Origin: Cyanophora paradoxa CCMP329
Lineage: Eukaryota > Plantae > Glaucophyta
Direction of reading: 5' to 3'
DNA length: 29,862 nt
Assembly (NCBI GenBank): GCA_004431415.1
Contig: QPMI01000681.1
Coordinates: forward strand, 1-29,862
Below, one piece after another: positions 10,248-20,678 of the stretch. How positions within the stretch are numbered: the stretch's first letter is position 1; each line of letters starts with the position of its first letter. Made by a program: the position numbers and the translations under genes. The notes under the pieces were generated by a model that was not told the origin of the DNA, ran no database searches, and was given only the letters and a program-made list of their open reading frames with translations.

Positions 10248-13200
10248 TCACTGGAAGTTCAACTGCGGCCCTACAAACTGCTTGCACCGCTCCACTAGCT
10301 CATCTAGTCTACCTGGGTCAGCAAACCGATCCTCCTCGGCCACTAGCGGCTTGCGGAACCATTCTTCGCAACCGCAACAAATGGTGCGCAGTCCATTGGG
10401 CTGCGCTGGTGGTGCCGGCGCATACCACCCGACCCATCGAGGCGAGAAAGAATCTCGAGCACGCGGTCAGCTCGGCATCTTGCCTTGAAGATGGAGCCAG
10501 CGGTCGTGTGGAAGGTCATATCATGCACAGGCTCCGAGAGCTGAAGGAGGCCTGCACTAATGCAGCGGCGTGACTCTTGATGGTGACTCTGCTCGTGATA
10601 TATATGAGCTCGAGGCAATCAGCAAGAGTGGTTACTGATATCCATGGACAGAAAAAAGGAAACCACAAGTAGAAAAAGGAAGAGGCGCACGGCCAGTGGT
10701 CCCACTCGAGATTGTGAAGCCCGGAGGATAACCATTGTTGCCTCCGTGTTGTTCCCGGTACATCAAGCCGGTGCACTTGACTGGAGACGCTGCAGCGCGC
10801 GGCACCTTGCGTGGCCGTGCACTCCAGTGCACCGTCGTTTGGCGGTAGGCGAGCCAGCTTCTCGACGTACGCACGTGCTGCGGGGCTCGCTGCCCTCGCG
10901 TCCCGTATCGCGGTTGCGACCACGGCGATGCTCCCCGTACCGATCTGGAGCCTCCTTCCTCCCGTGACATTGCAGGAACCAGTGCAGTTTCGCCTTCAGG
11001 TATTGCTCAGCGCGTTGAAGTATCGGTTCTCGTGTTCGCCACGCTGCGACGCGCCCAAGTCAGAGCACGTTCAGCGGGAGAAGGAAATAAGAAGGAAAGA
11101 AACAAAGAAAGAAAGAAAAGAGAAGGGGGTACGCGGACCGTCTGTACAAGCAGGACAGGATGGGTGTCGGAATAGGCCGCTCAGGTGTGCCTAGCCATAG
11201 AGGCTTGTTTCGCCTCGTGTATGGCGAGGCACATACGCCTCAACATCGATGTCCACATCGACCAATTGTCCCGCGCCGTTTGGCTGAGTTTCTCGTGAGC
11301 TTGAGCATTTGCGATAACCGTTGCTCGTACCTGTTGGACTTTCCGTGTAGTTCTCCTGTATGCCGTCGCGCCGAGTTCGTCCACTCGGGTACTCCTCTCC
11401 AGAGTCGTTGCCCCCATTCAGCATCCGGTGTGTTAGAACATCTGACTTGGAGCCCATCTGTTCCAGCACTGCAGCCACTTGCTTCAGAGCCTGAAAGCTG
11501 TTCTCCGCTGCGCGACCTGTACCGTATTTCTCCTGCACCGGAATTAGAGTTCAGTAACCCCTTCTGTGGCGTCGTCTTCTACCCCTCGCACGCACCGCCA
11601 GCTCTGGCTTCATGCGCAGCCGGGTGAAGAGCTCGTTCGCCGGCGCTTCGTGTGGAGAACGGCAGGGTTTCCCATTGCCTCGTGGCACGCCTGTGGAGAA
11701 CGGCAGGGTACGCGCATCAGCTCCACGTGTCGGGGGGGGGGGGTACGCGTAGCGAAGGGGAGGGGGTTGGAGGGGGGGGTAGTCGAACCTCCATTGGACT
11801 TGGCGCCTGTTCGGGAGCCGGGCCTGGGTCTTGACCTGCTTGCCGCGCGGCCTCCCACGCTGCTCGCGCCCGCCTTGCGTTGCCGTGCTCCTCGTCGTCG
11901 AATGCCTTGCTAGATCTACAAGGCCTTTGAATATGAGCTGGTTGGCAATGTCGCCCACCGCCGAAAACGCGATTTGCGGACAAGGTCTGAGAAGATAATG
12001 CCGACTGATATGCTGCTTGCCGCCCTGCAAGAAGGCGAAGAAGCTCCTTGCCGCTCTTCCGAACAGCCTGCAGGACCTGCACATCGCTTGCAATCTTGCC
12101 GCCACGACCGACATCCCTGTTGCCTCCGTACGCGTTGCACTTCCGAAGAAGCTTCTTCACCTCCGGGTACGACACGAGATCGTCCTGCGCCTTGCGCTTC
12201 CGCCCTTTCCCACGTGGCAACTCTTCCACCAACGCGGCCTCTGCAGCTGCTGCTGCAAGCTCCACACATGCATGAAGCCTGCGTCGCCATTGGTAAGAAA
12301 AAAACTTTACCCCCCTCCGCCCCCCCCCCCCCCCGATGCATACCACAGCTGGAGTGATTCGCCTTCCCGTGTCTGCTGCTGTGCTGCGTGCACTGATTGA
12401 GCGAGACTGCGGAACTGGCCCTTCATTTCTTCCTTCGTGCCAAGGTACATTGCTTGCTGCTGAGCCCGAGAGTCGCTTGCATACGCAGAAGGTTGATTTC
12501 AGACTGTCCGTTTGTGACCTAATATAAAATTAAGAACATGTTACGAAAAGACAGAGCATGAAAGCATCGTGCACCTCCATGAAAGCATTTGCAAGACCTT
12601 GTGCCCGTGCAGGCTCACGGTCCAACTCAGCGTCTCCTGGCCGCAGGCCAGAAGCTGTGTGAGCACAGCAGCAGCTGAGCGGATCTCGCCATCATCAGGG
12701 CTGCATCACATTTCGGTTTTCAAAATAGAATGCAGTGATTTGAAGGGACGTACTGTAGAAATCGAGTGATGAATTGCTCGATCGCCCGTAGAAGAACACC
12801 TCTATCCAGAGCGATAGGAACATCTTCGATTCAACAGCGTATGATCGTTTGTCATCGCTAGTACTTGTGTCATCCTTGCCCTCCTGAAAGTCCAGAGACA
12901 AGATGACCTGACCGGCAGCAAGTAAGCAGAAGAAGCACGAGGCAAGCTGGCATGGACACGTGCCAGATCTATCTCTCGCAGTCGTCTCTCACGGATGTAG
13001 ATCTTGTTGGTATAGAAGCTCGTCACCCGGGCCTTTAGCCAGTCGTAGTGCCTGGCTCGAAGGTCCGTATCCACTGCAAACTCACCGTGCGCCCCTGGCA
13101 CGCCAAGGCCCAGAAATGCACACTGTGCCTGCAGTGAGTGCCGTGCTTCAACTGGCCAAGATAGATAGATGCTTACGTCCATATCAATGAGCTCATCGAG

Positions 13201-15029
13201 TTGAGAAGAGCTTGAGGTATCTTCCTTGTCGCCAGCAGCTATATCAGCATCTGGATGAGGGTCGGGACCGGTGCGCTGAAGGCTTGGCGATTCGAGTGCG
13301 ACCTAAATGCAGTATCTCATGGCGAATCTCAAGCTAAAGAAGATCGAGGACGCACAGTGCTCATGAAGTGCTTCAGAGCATGGAGATCCTCCAGTGTCCG
13401 TGTCCGGTTCTTTGCTGGTTCACCTCGAAACTGCAACCGACAAGCGTTCGCCTGAGCTTGCCGAGCCGCTTCTGTCACCTGGATAAGTTGGTCTTAGATT
13501 CCATTCGATCAATTCTTTGAGCTGCAGAGCACCTCATCAAGCCAATCAACACAACTCTGAAATTTGGGGCCTCGAAACGCTCCCTTTGTGCCCACAAACA
13601 GGTTGCGCAGTGCACGCAAGCATCTGGCAGGGGCAGGTCGACGATGATGTCCTCCACATAATGCACTTGGGGTCCAGATCTGCAAACATGATAAGACAAA
13701 GAGGCGGCGTGCAGATTTCACAGAGAAACGCACAGATCTCGAAGGGTGCATGTGCTTGTCGCCTTCTGCCAGCGCCACCAGCGTCGCCGCCCGCTGCGCC
13801 GTCCAGGGCGCCACCCGCCGCGCCGCCTCCCGTGCCGCCTCCCGCGCCGCCTCCGCGCCGCCTCCCGCGCCGCCTCCCGCGCCTCCCGCGCCGCGCACCG
13901 GGCCGGGGGAGGGGGAGGGACAGGGCCGGGGGGGGCGGGCCCGGGGGAGGGGCGGGGCCGGGGGAGGGACGGGCCCGGGGGAGGGGCGGGGCCGGGGGAG
14001 GGGGGGGCGGGGAGGGCGGGCCCGGGGAGGGGCGGGCCCGGGGGGAGGGCGGGCCCGGGGGAGGGGCGGGGCGGGGGAGGGGGGGGGCGGGGGGAGGGCG
14101 GGCCCGGGGAGGGGCGGGCCCGGGGGAGGGCGGCCCGGGGGGAGGGGCGGGGCCGGGGGGAGGGACGGGCCCGGGGGAGGGCGGCCGGGGGGGGACGGGC
14201 CCGGGGGGAGGGCGGGCCGGGGAGGGGCGGGCCCGGGGAGGGGAGGGCGGGACAAGCTCAAGGCCGGAGCCGCCCCGAGGCCGCCCACGAGGCCACCACC
14301 CGCCGCGCGGCCCGCCAGAAGGGGTTGGGAGATGAGCTGGAGGTCCACTCCATCTCTTCCTCCCCAAAGAGTGTGCTCCTGGGTCGACATGCTGCGCAGT
14401 CGGCATAAGACACCGAAAAGCAGCGATCGCTTGGCCAATGAGAAGGCGGTGGACGTCAAGCCCGCGGCGACCGTTAGAACTGAGAACCCAGAAGCGATCG
14501 CCGGCCCAGCAGCTCTTTGTTAGAGGTCGACTCGCTGGGTATGGCGCCGAACACAAAGCGATCGCCGAGCAATGAGAAGGCTCTATGCGCGGGGCAGATC
14601 TAGCGATCCAATTGAATAGAGAATCTCTATGCGAGCAAGCTCGCAGCGCTACGGGAGGCGGGCACGCACTGCAGGCGTTGGCGTTGGCTGGTGCGACGAA
14701 CTTGAAGCAGCTCCTGCGCAAGCGATCGCCGGTCAGAGAGCCTTCTCATCGCTCCGGCGATCGCTAGGCCCTGGTACCGAGTACTCCGGGGCGATCGCCA
14801 GCGCGAACCGTCGGACGACGGACGCGGCGCCGGCGATCGCTTGAAAAAGGCCCCGGCCAGATCCGAGCCACGGCCGGCGGGCATAGTGAACATAGTGCCA
14901 AAATTTCGCTCCGAAAACACGCTTTTTAGAAGGATCGGAAGAAAGCGCGCCCAGGCAGGTCCGAGGGCGGTTCCGGGACGTACCTACTGACTCAGAGCTG
15001 CTTGCGCTGGGCCCGCCGGGCGACGCCAT
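10248..15029 (-). CDS. Spliced multi-exon gene of unknown function, copy C
   Basis: ATG at 15029; first donor at 14983; candidate micro-exon 14670-14713; acceptor at 14392; last intron 10589-10690 joins EWDHW-P|VTIKSH in frame; TGA at 10248-10250. Confidence 0.75.
13815..14250. repeat. Compound G-rich minisatellite, copy 3
   Basis: As in copy 1; the G-rich part is ~354 bp. Confidence 0.95.
14423..14840. promoter_or_regulatory. Cluster of 7 GCGATCGC palindromes in the 5' intronic region (putative regulatory or structural element; same cluster at ~3800-4363, 9081-9645, 19661-20074, 24820-25236)
   Basis: Sites start at 14423, 14494, 14558, 14722, 14757, 14791 and 14833. I saw no perfect site elsewhere in the unit. 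The function is inferred. Confidence 0.55.
14557..14765. repeat. ~28-bp imperfect inverted repeat flanking the 150-bp cassette (present in every full unit)
   Basis: AGCGATCGCCGAGCAATGAGAAGGCTCT (14557-14584) versus the reverse complement of 14737-14765, AGCGATCGCCGGAGCGATGAGAAGGCTCT: 1 mismatch and 1 gap. In unit 2 the arms are 9215-9242 and 9544-9572. Confidence 0.9.
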
Positions 15030-15450
15030 GGTTGAGAGATCGAATCCCTGCGCGCCGCCTTACAGCGGCCGAGGAAGGGGCGACGGCTGCAGAATTCGAT
15101 GATGTGAACCTCGGACAAGCGAAAGCGTGTAGCTAGCGCGCCGCCGGCGCCGCGGGTGAGCCGATGAAGCGAGCGATGTGTACTCCTCGCGTGCGCGGGC
15201 GCGGCGAAGTCGCCTGCGGGGCGGGCGTGGCGCCGCGGGGCTGAGCACGCGCGCGCGCTGCGAAGCGCTATGCGCGAGCTTTGCGCGAGCTTTGCGTCGA
15301 CGCCGCGCGCCTCACTTTCGAAGGTCGGGGTACCCCCCGACTCATTCCCCCCTAAACTTGGGGCTCGGTGGCTTAAAAGCGAAGGCTCTGGGTACATCGA
15401 CGAAATTTGACTTGCTCCACAAAATTGCAAGGCGCTCAAGAACTCTACGC
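15030..15450 (-). promoter_or_regulatory. ~420-bp intergenic spacer holding the 3' UTR/terminator of one copy and the promoter/5' UTR of the next
   Basis: Lies between the stop of copy D (15451) and the ATG of copy C (15029). It is CGCG-rich, with a TGCGCGAGCTT direct repeat and a GTCGGGGTACCCC(CC)GAC near-palindrome. The role is inferred from position. Confidence 0.5.
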
Positions 15451-18400
15451 TCACTGGAAGTTCAACTGCGGCCCTACAAACTGCTTGCACCGCTCCACTA
15501 GCTCATCTAGTCTACCTGGGTCAGCAAACCGATCCTCCTCGGCCACTAGCGCTTGCGAACCATTCTTTCGCAACCGCAACAAATGGTGCGCAGTCCATTG
15601 GGCTGCGCTGGTGGTGCCCGGCGCATACCACCCGACCCCATCGAGGCGAGAAAAGAATCTCGAGCACGCGGTCAGCTCGGCATCTTGCCTTGAAGATGGA
15701 GCCAGCGGTCGTGTGGAAGGTCATATCATGCACAGGCTCCGAGAGCTGAAGGAGGGCCTGCACTAATGCAGCGGCGTGACTCTTGATGGTGACTCTGCTC
15801 GTGATATATATGAGCTCGAGGCAATCAGCAAGAGTGGTTACTGATATCCATGGACAGAAAAAAGGAAACCACAAGTAGAAAAAGGAAGAGGCGCACGGCC
15901 AGTGGTCCACTCGAGATTGGTGAAGCCCCGGAGGATAACCATTGTTGCCTCCGGTGTTGTTCCGGTACATCAAGCCGGTGCACTTGACTGGAGACGCTGC
16001 AGCGCGCGGCACCTTGCGTGGCCGTGCACTCCAGTGCACCGTCGTTTGGCGGTAGGCGAGCCAGCTTCTCGACGTACGCACGTGCTGCGGGGCTCGCTGC
16101 CCTCGCGTCCCGTATCGCGGTTGCGACCACGGCGATGCTCCCCCGTACCGATCTGGAGCCTCCTTCCTCCCGTGACATTGCAGGGAACCAGTGCAGTTTC
16201 GCCTTCAGGGTATTGCTCAGCGCGTTGAAGTATCGGTTCTCGGTGTTCGCCACGCTGCGACGCGCCCAAGTCAGAGCACGTTCAGCGGGAGAAGGGAAAT
16301 AAGAAGGAAAAGAAACAAAGGAAAAGAAAGAAAAGAGAAGGGGGGTACGCGGACCGTCTGTACAAGCAGGACAGGATGGGTGTCGGAATAGGCCGCTCAG
16401 GTGTGCCTAGCCATAGAGGCTTGTTTCGCCTCGTGTATGGCGGAGGCACATACGCCTCAACATCGATGTCCACATCGACCAATTGTCCCGCGCCGTTTGG
16501 CTGAGTTTCTCGTGAGCTTGAGCATTTGCGATAACCGTTGCTCGTACCTGTTGGACTTTCCGTGTAGTTCTCCTGTATGCCGTCGCGCCGAGTTCGTCCA
16601 CCTCGGGTACTCCTCTCCAGAGTCGTTGCCCCCATTCAGCATCCGGTGTGTTAGAACATCTGACTTGGAGCCCATCTGTTCCAGCACTGCAGCCACTTGC
16701 TTCAGAGCCTGAAAGCTGTTCTCCGCTGCGCGACCTGTACCGTATTTCTCCTGCACCGGAATTAGAGTTCAGTAACCCCTTCTGTGGCGTCGTCTTCGTA
16801 CCCTCGCACGCACCGCCAGCTCTGGCTTCATGCGCAGCCGGGTGAAGAGCTCGTTCGCCGGCGCTTCGTGGTGGAGAACGGCAGGGTTTCCCATTGCCTC
16901 GTGGCACGCCTGTGGAGAACGGCAGGGTACGCGCATCAGCTCCACGTGTCGGGGGGGGGGGGGTACGCGTAGCGAAGGGGGAGGGGGGTTGGAGGGGGGG
17001 GTAGTCGAACCTCCATTGGACTTGGCGCCTGTTCGGAGCCGGGCCTGGGTCTTGACCTGCTTGCCGCGCGGCCTCCCACGCTGCTCGCGCCGCCTTGCGT
17101 TGCCGTGCTCCTCGTCGTCGAATGCCTTGGCTAGATCTACAAGGCCTTTGAATATGAGCTGGTTGGCAATTGTCGCCCACGCCGAAAACGCGATTTGCGG
17201 ACAAGGTCTGAGAAGATAATGCCGACTGATATGCTGCTTGCCGGCCCTGCAAGAAGGCGAAGAAGCTCCTTGCCGCTCTTCCGAACAGCCTGCAGACCTG
17301 CACATCGCTTGCAATCTTGCCGCCACGACCGACATCCCTGTTGCCTCCGTACGCGTTGCACTTCCGAAGAGCTTCTTCACCTCCGGGTACGACACGAGAT
17401 CGTCCTGCGCCTTGCGCTTCCGCCCTTTCCCACGTGGCAACTCTTCCACCAACGCGGCCTCTGCAGCTGCTGCTGCAAGCTCCACACATGCATGAAGCCT
17501 GCGTCGCCATTGGTAAGAAAAAAAACTTTACCCCCCTCCGCCCCCCCCCCCCCCCCCGGATGCATACCACAGCTGGAGTGATTCGCCTTCCCGTGTCTGC
17601 TGCTGTGCTGCGTGCACTGATTGAGCGAGACTGCGGAACTGGCCCTTCATTTCTTCCTTCGTGCCAAGGTACATTGCTTGCTGGCTGAGCCCGAGAGTCG
17701 CTTGCATACGCAGAAGGTTGATTTCAGACTGTCCGTTTGTGACCTAATATAAAATTAAGAACATGTTACGAAAAGACAGAGCATGAAAGCATCGTGCACC
17801 TCCATGAAAGCATTTGCAAGACCTTGTGCCCGTGCAGGCTCACGGTCCAACTCAGCGTCTCCTGGCCGCAGGGCCAGAAGCTGTGTGAGCACAGCAGCAG
17901 CTGAGCGGATCTCGCCATCATCAGGGGCTGCATCACATTTCGGTTTTCAAAATAGAATGCAGTGATTTGAAGGGACGTACTGTAGAAATCGAGTGATGAA
18001 TTGCTCGATCGCCCGTAGAAGAACACCTCTATCCAGAGCGATAGGAACATCTTCGATTCAACAGCGTATGATCGTTTTCATCGCTAGTACTTGTGTCATC
18101 CTTGCCCTCCTGAAAGTCCAGAGACAAGATGACCTGACCGGGCAGCAAGTAAGCAGAAGAAGCACGAGGCAAGCTGGCATGGACACGTGCCAGATCTATC
18201 TCTCGCAGTCGTCTCTCACGGATGTAGATCTTGTTGGTATAGAAGCTCGTCACCCGGGCCTTTAGCCAGTCGTAGTGCCTGGCTCGAAGGTCCGTATCCA
18301 CTGCAAACTCACCGTGCGCCCCTGGCACGCCAAGGCCCAGAAATGCACACTGTGCCTGCAGTGAGTGCCGTGCTTCAACTGGCCAAGATAGATAGATGCT

Positions 18401-20261
18401 TACGTCCATATCAATGAGCTCATCGAGTTGAGAAGAGCTTGAGGTATCTTCCTTGTCGCCAGCAGCTATATCAGCATCTGGATGAGGGTCGGGACCGGTG
18501 CGCTGAAGGCTTGGCGATTCGAGTGCGACCTAAATGCAGTATCTCATGGCGAATCTCAAGCTAAAGAAGATCGAGGACGCACAGTGCTCATGAAGTGCTT
18601 CAGAGCATGGAGATCCTCCAGTGTCCGTGTCCGGTTCTTTGCTGGTTCACCTCGAAACTGCAACCGACAAGCGTTCGCCTGAGCTTGCCGAGCCGCTTCT
18701 GTCACCTGGATAAGTTGGTCTTAGATTCCATTCGATCAATTCTTTGAGCTGCAGAGCACCTCATCAAGCCAATCAACACAACTCTGAAATTTGGGCCTCG
18801 AAACGCTCCCTTTGTGCCCACAAACAGGTGCGCAGTGCACGCAAGCATCTGGCAGGGGCAGGTCGACGATGATGTCCTCCACATAATGCACTTGGGGGTC
18901 CAGATCTGCAAACATGATAAGACAAAGAGGCGGCGTGCAGATTTCACAGAGAAACGCACAGATCTCGAAGGGTGCATGTGCTTGTCGCCTTCTGCCAGCG
19001 CCACCAGCGTCGCCGCCCGCTGCGCCGTCCAGGGCGCCACCCGCCGCGCCGCCTCCCGTGCCGCTCCCGCGCCGCCTCCCGCGCCGCCTCCCGCGCCGCC
19101 TCCCGCGCGCCTCCGCGCCGCCACCGGGCCGGGGGAGGGGGAGGGACAGGGCCGGGGGGGGGGGCGGGCCCGGGGGGAGGGCGGGGCCGGGGAGGGACGG
19201 GCCCGGGGGAGGGGCGGGCCGGGGGGAGGGGGGGGGGGGGAGGGGCGGGCCCGGGGGAGGGGCGGGCCCGGGGGAGGGGCGGGCCCGGGGGGAGGGCGGG
19301 GCCGGGGGGAGGGGGGGCGGGGGAGGGGCGGGCCCGGGGGAGGGGCGGCCCGGGGGAGGGGCGGGCCGGGGGAGGGGCGGGGCCGGGGGAGGACGGGCCC
19401 GGGGGAGGGGCGGGCCCGGGGGAGGGACGGGCCCGGGGGAGGGCGGGGCCGGGGGGAGGGCGGGGCCCGGGGGAGGGGAGGGGCGGGGACAAGCTCAAGG
19501 CCGGAGCCGCCCCCGAGGCCGCCCACGAGGCCACCACCCGCCGCGCGGCCCGCCAGAAGGGGGTTGGGAGATGAGCTGGAGGTCCACTCCATCTCTTCCT
19601 CCCAAGAGTGTGCTCCTGGGGTCGACATGCTGCGCAGTCGGCATAAGACACCGAAAAGCAGCGATCGCTTGCCAATGAGAAGGCGGTGGACGTCAAGCCC
19701 GCGGCGACCGTTAGAACTGAGAACCCAGAAGCGATCGCCGGCCCAGCAGCTCTTTGTTAGAGGTCGGACTCGCTGGGTATGGCGCCGAACACAAAGCGAT
19801 CGCCGAGCAATGAGAAGCTCTATGCGCGGGGCAGATCTAGCGATCCAATTGAATAGAGAATCTCTATGCGAGCAAGCTCGCAGCGCTACGGAGGCGGGCA
19901 CGCACTGCAGGCGTTGGCGTTGGCTGGTGCGACGAACTTGAAGCAGCTCCTGCGCAAGCGATCGCCGTCAGAGAGCCTTCTCATCGCTCCGGCGATCGCT
20001 AGCCCTGGTACCGAGTACTCCGGGGCGATCGCCAGCGCGAACCGTCGGACGACGGACGCGGCGCCGGCGATCGCTTGAAAAGGCCCCGGCCAGATCCGAG
20101 CCCACGGCCGGCGGCATAGTGAACATAGTGCCAAAATTTCGCTCCGAAAACACGCTTTTTAGAAGGATCGGAAGAAAGCGCGCCCAGCAGTCCGAGGGGC
20201 GGTTCCGGGACGTACCTACTGACTCAGAGCTGCTTGCGCTGGGCCCGCCGGGCGACGCCAT
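15451..20261 (-). CDS. Spliced multi-exon gene of unknown function, copy D
   Basis: Collinear with the other copies. ATG at 20261, TGA at 15451-15453, splice sites conserved. Confidence 0.75.
19042..19488. repeat. Compound G-rich minisatellite, copy 4
   Basis: As in copy 1; the G-rich part is ~365 bp. Confidence 0.95.
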
Positions 20262-20678
20262 GGTTGAGAGATCGAATCCCTGCGCGCCGCCTTACAGCGG
20301 CCGAGGAAGGGGCGACGGCTGCAGAATTCGATGATGTGAACCTCGGACAAGCGAAAGCGTGTAGCTAGCGCGCCGCGGCGCCGCGGGTGAGCCGATGAAG
20401 CGAGCGATGTGTACTCTCGCGTGCGCGGGCGCGGCGAAGTCGCCTGCGGGGCGGGCGTGGCGCCGCGGGGCTGAGCACGGCGCGCGCGCTGCGAAGCGCT
20501 ATGCGCGAGCTTTGCGCGAGCTTTGCGTCGACGCCGCGCGCCTCACTTTCGAAGTCGGGGTACCCCCGACTCATTCCCCCTAAACTTGGGGCTCGGTGGC
20601 TTAAAAGCGAAGGCTCTGGGGTACATCGACGAAATTTGACTTGCTCACAAAATTGCAAGGCGCTCAAGAACTCTACGC

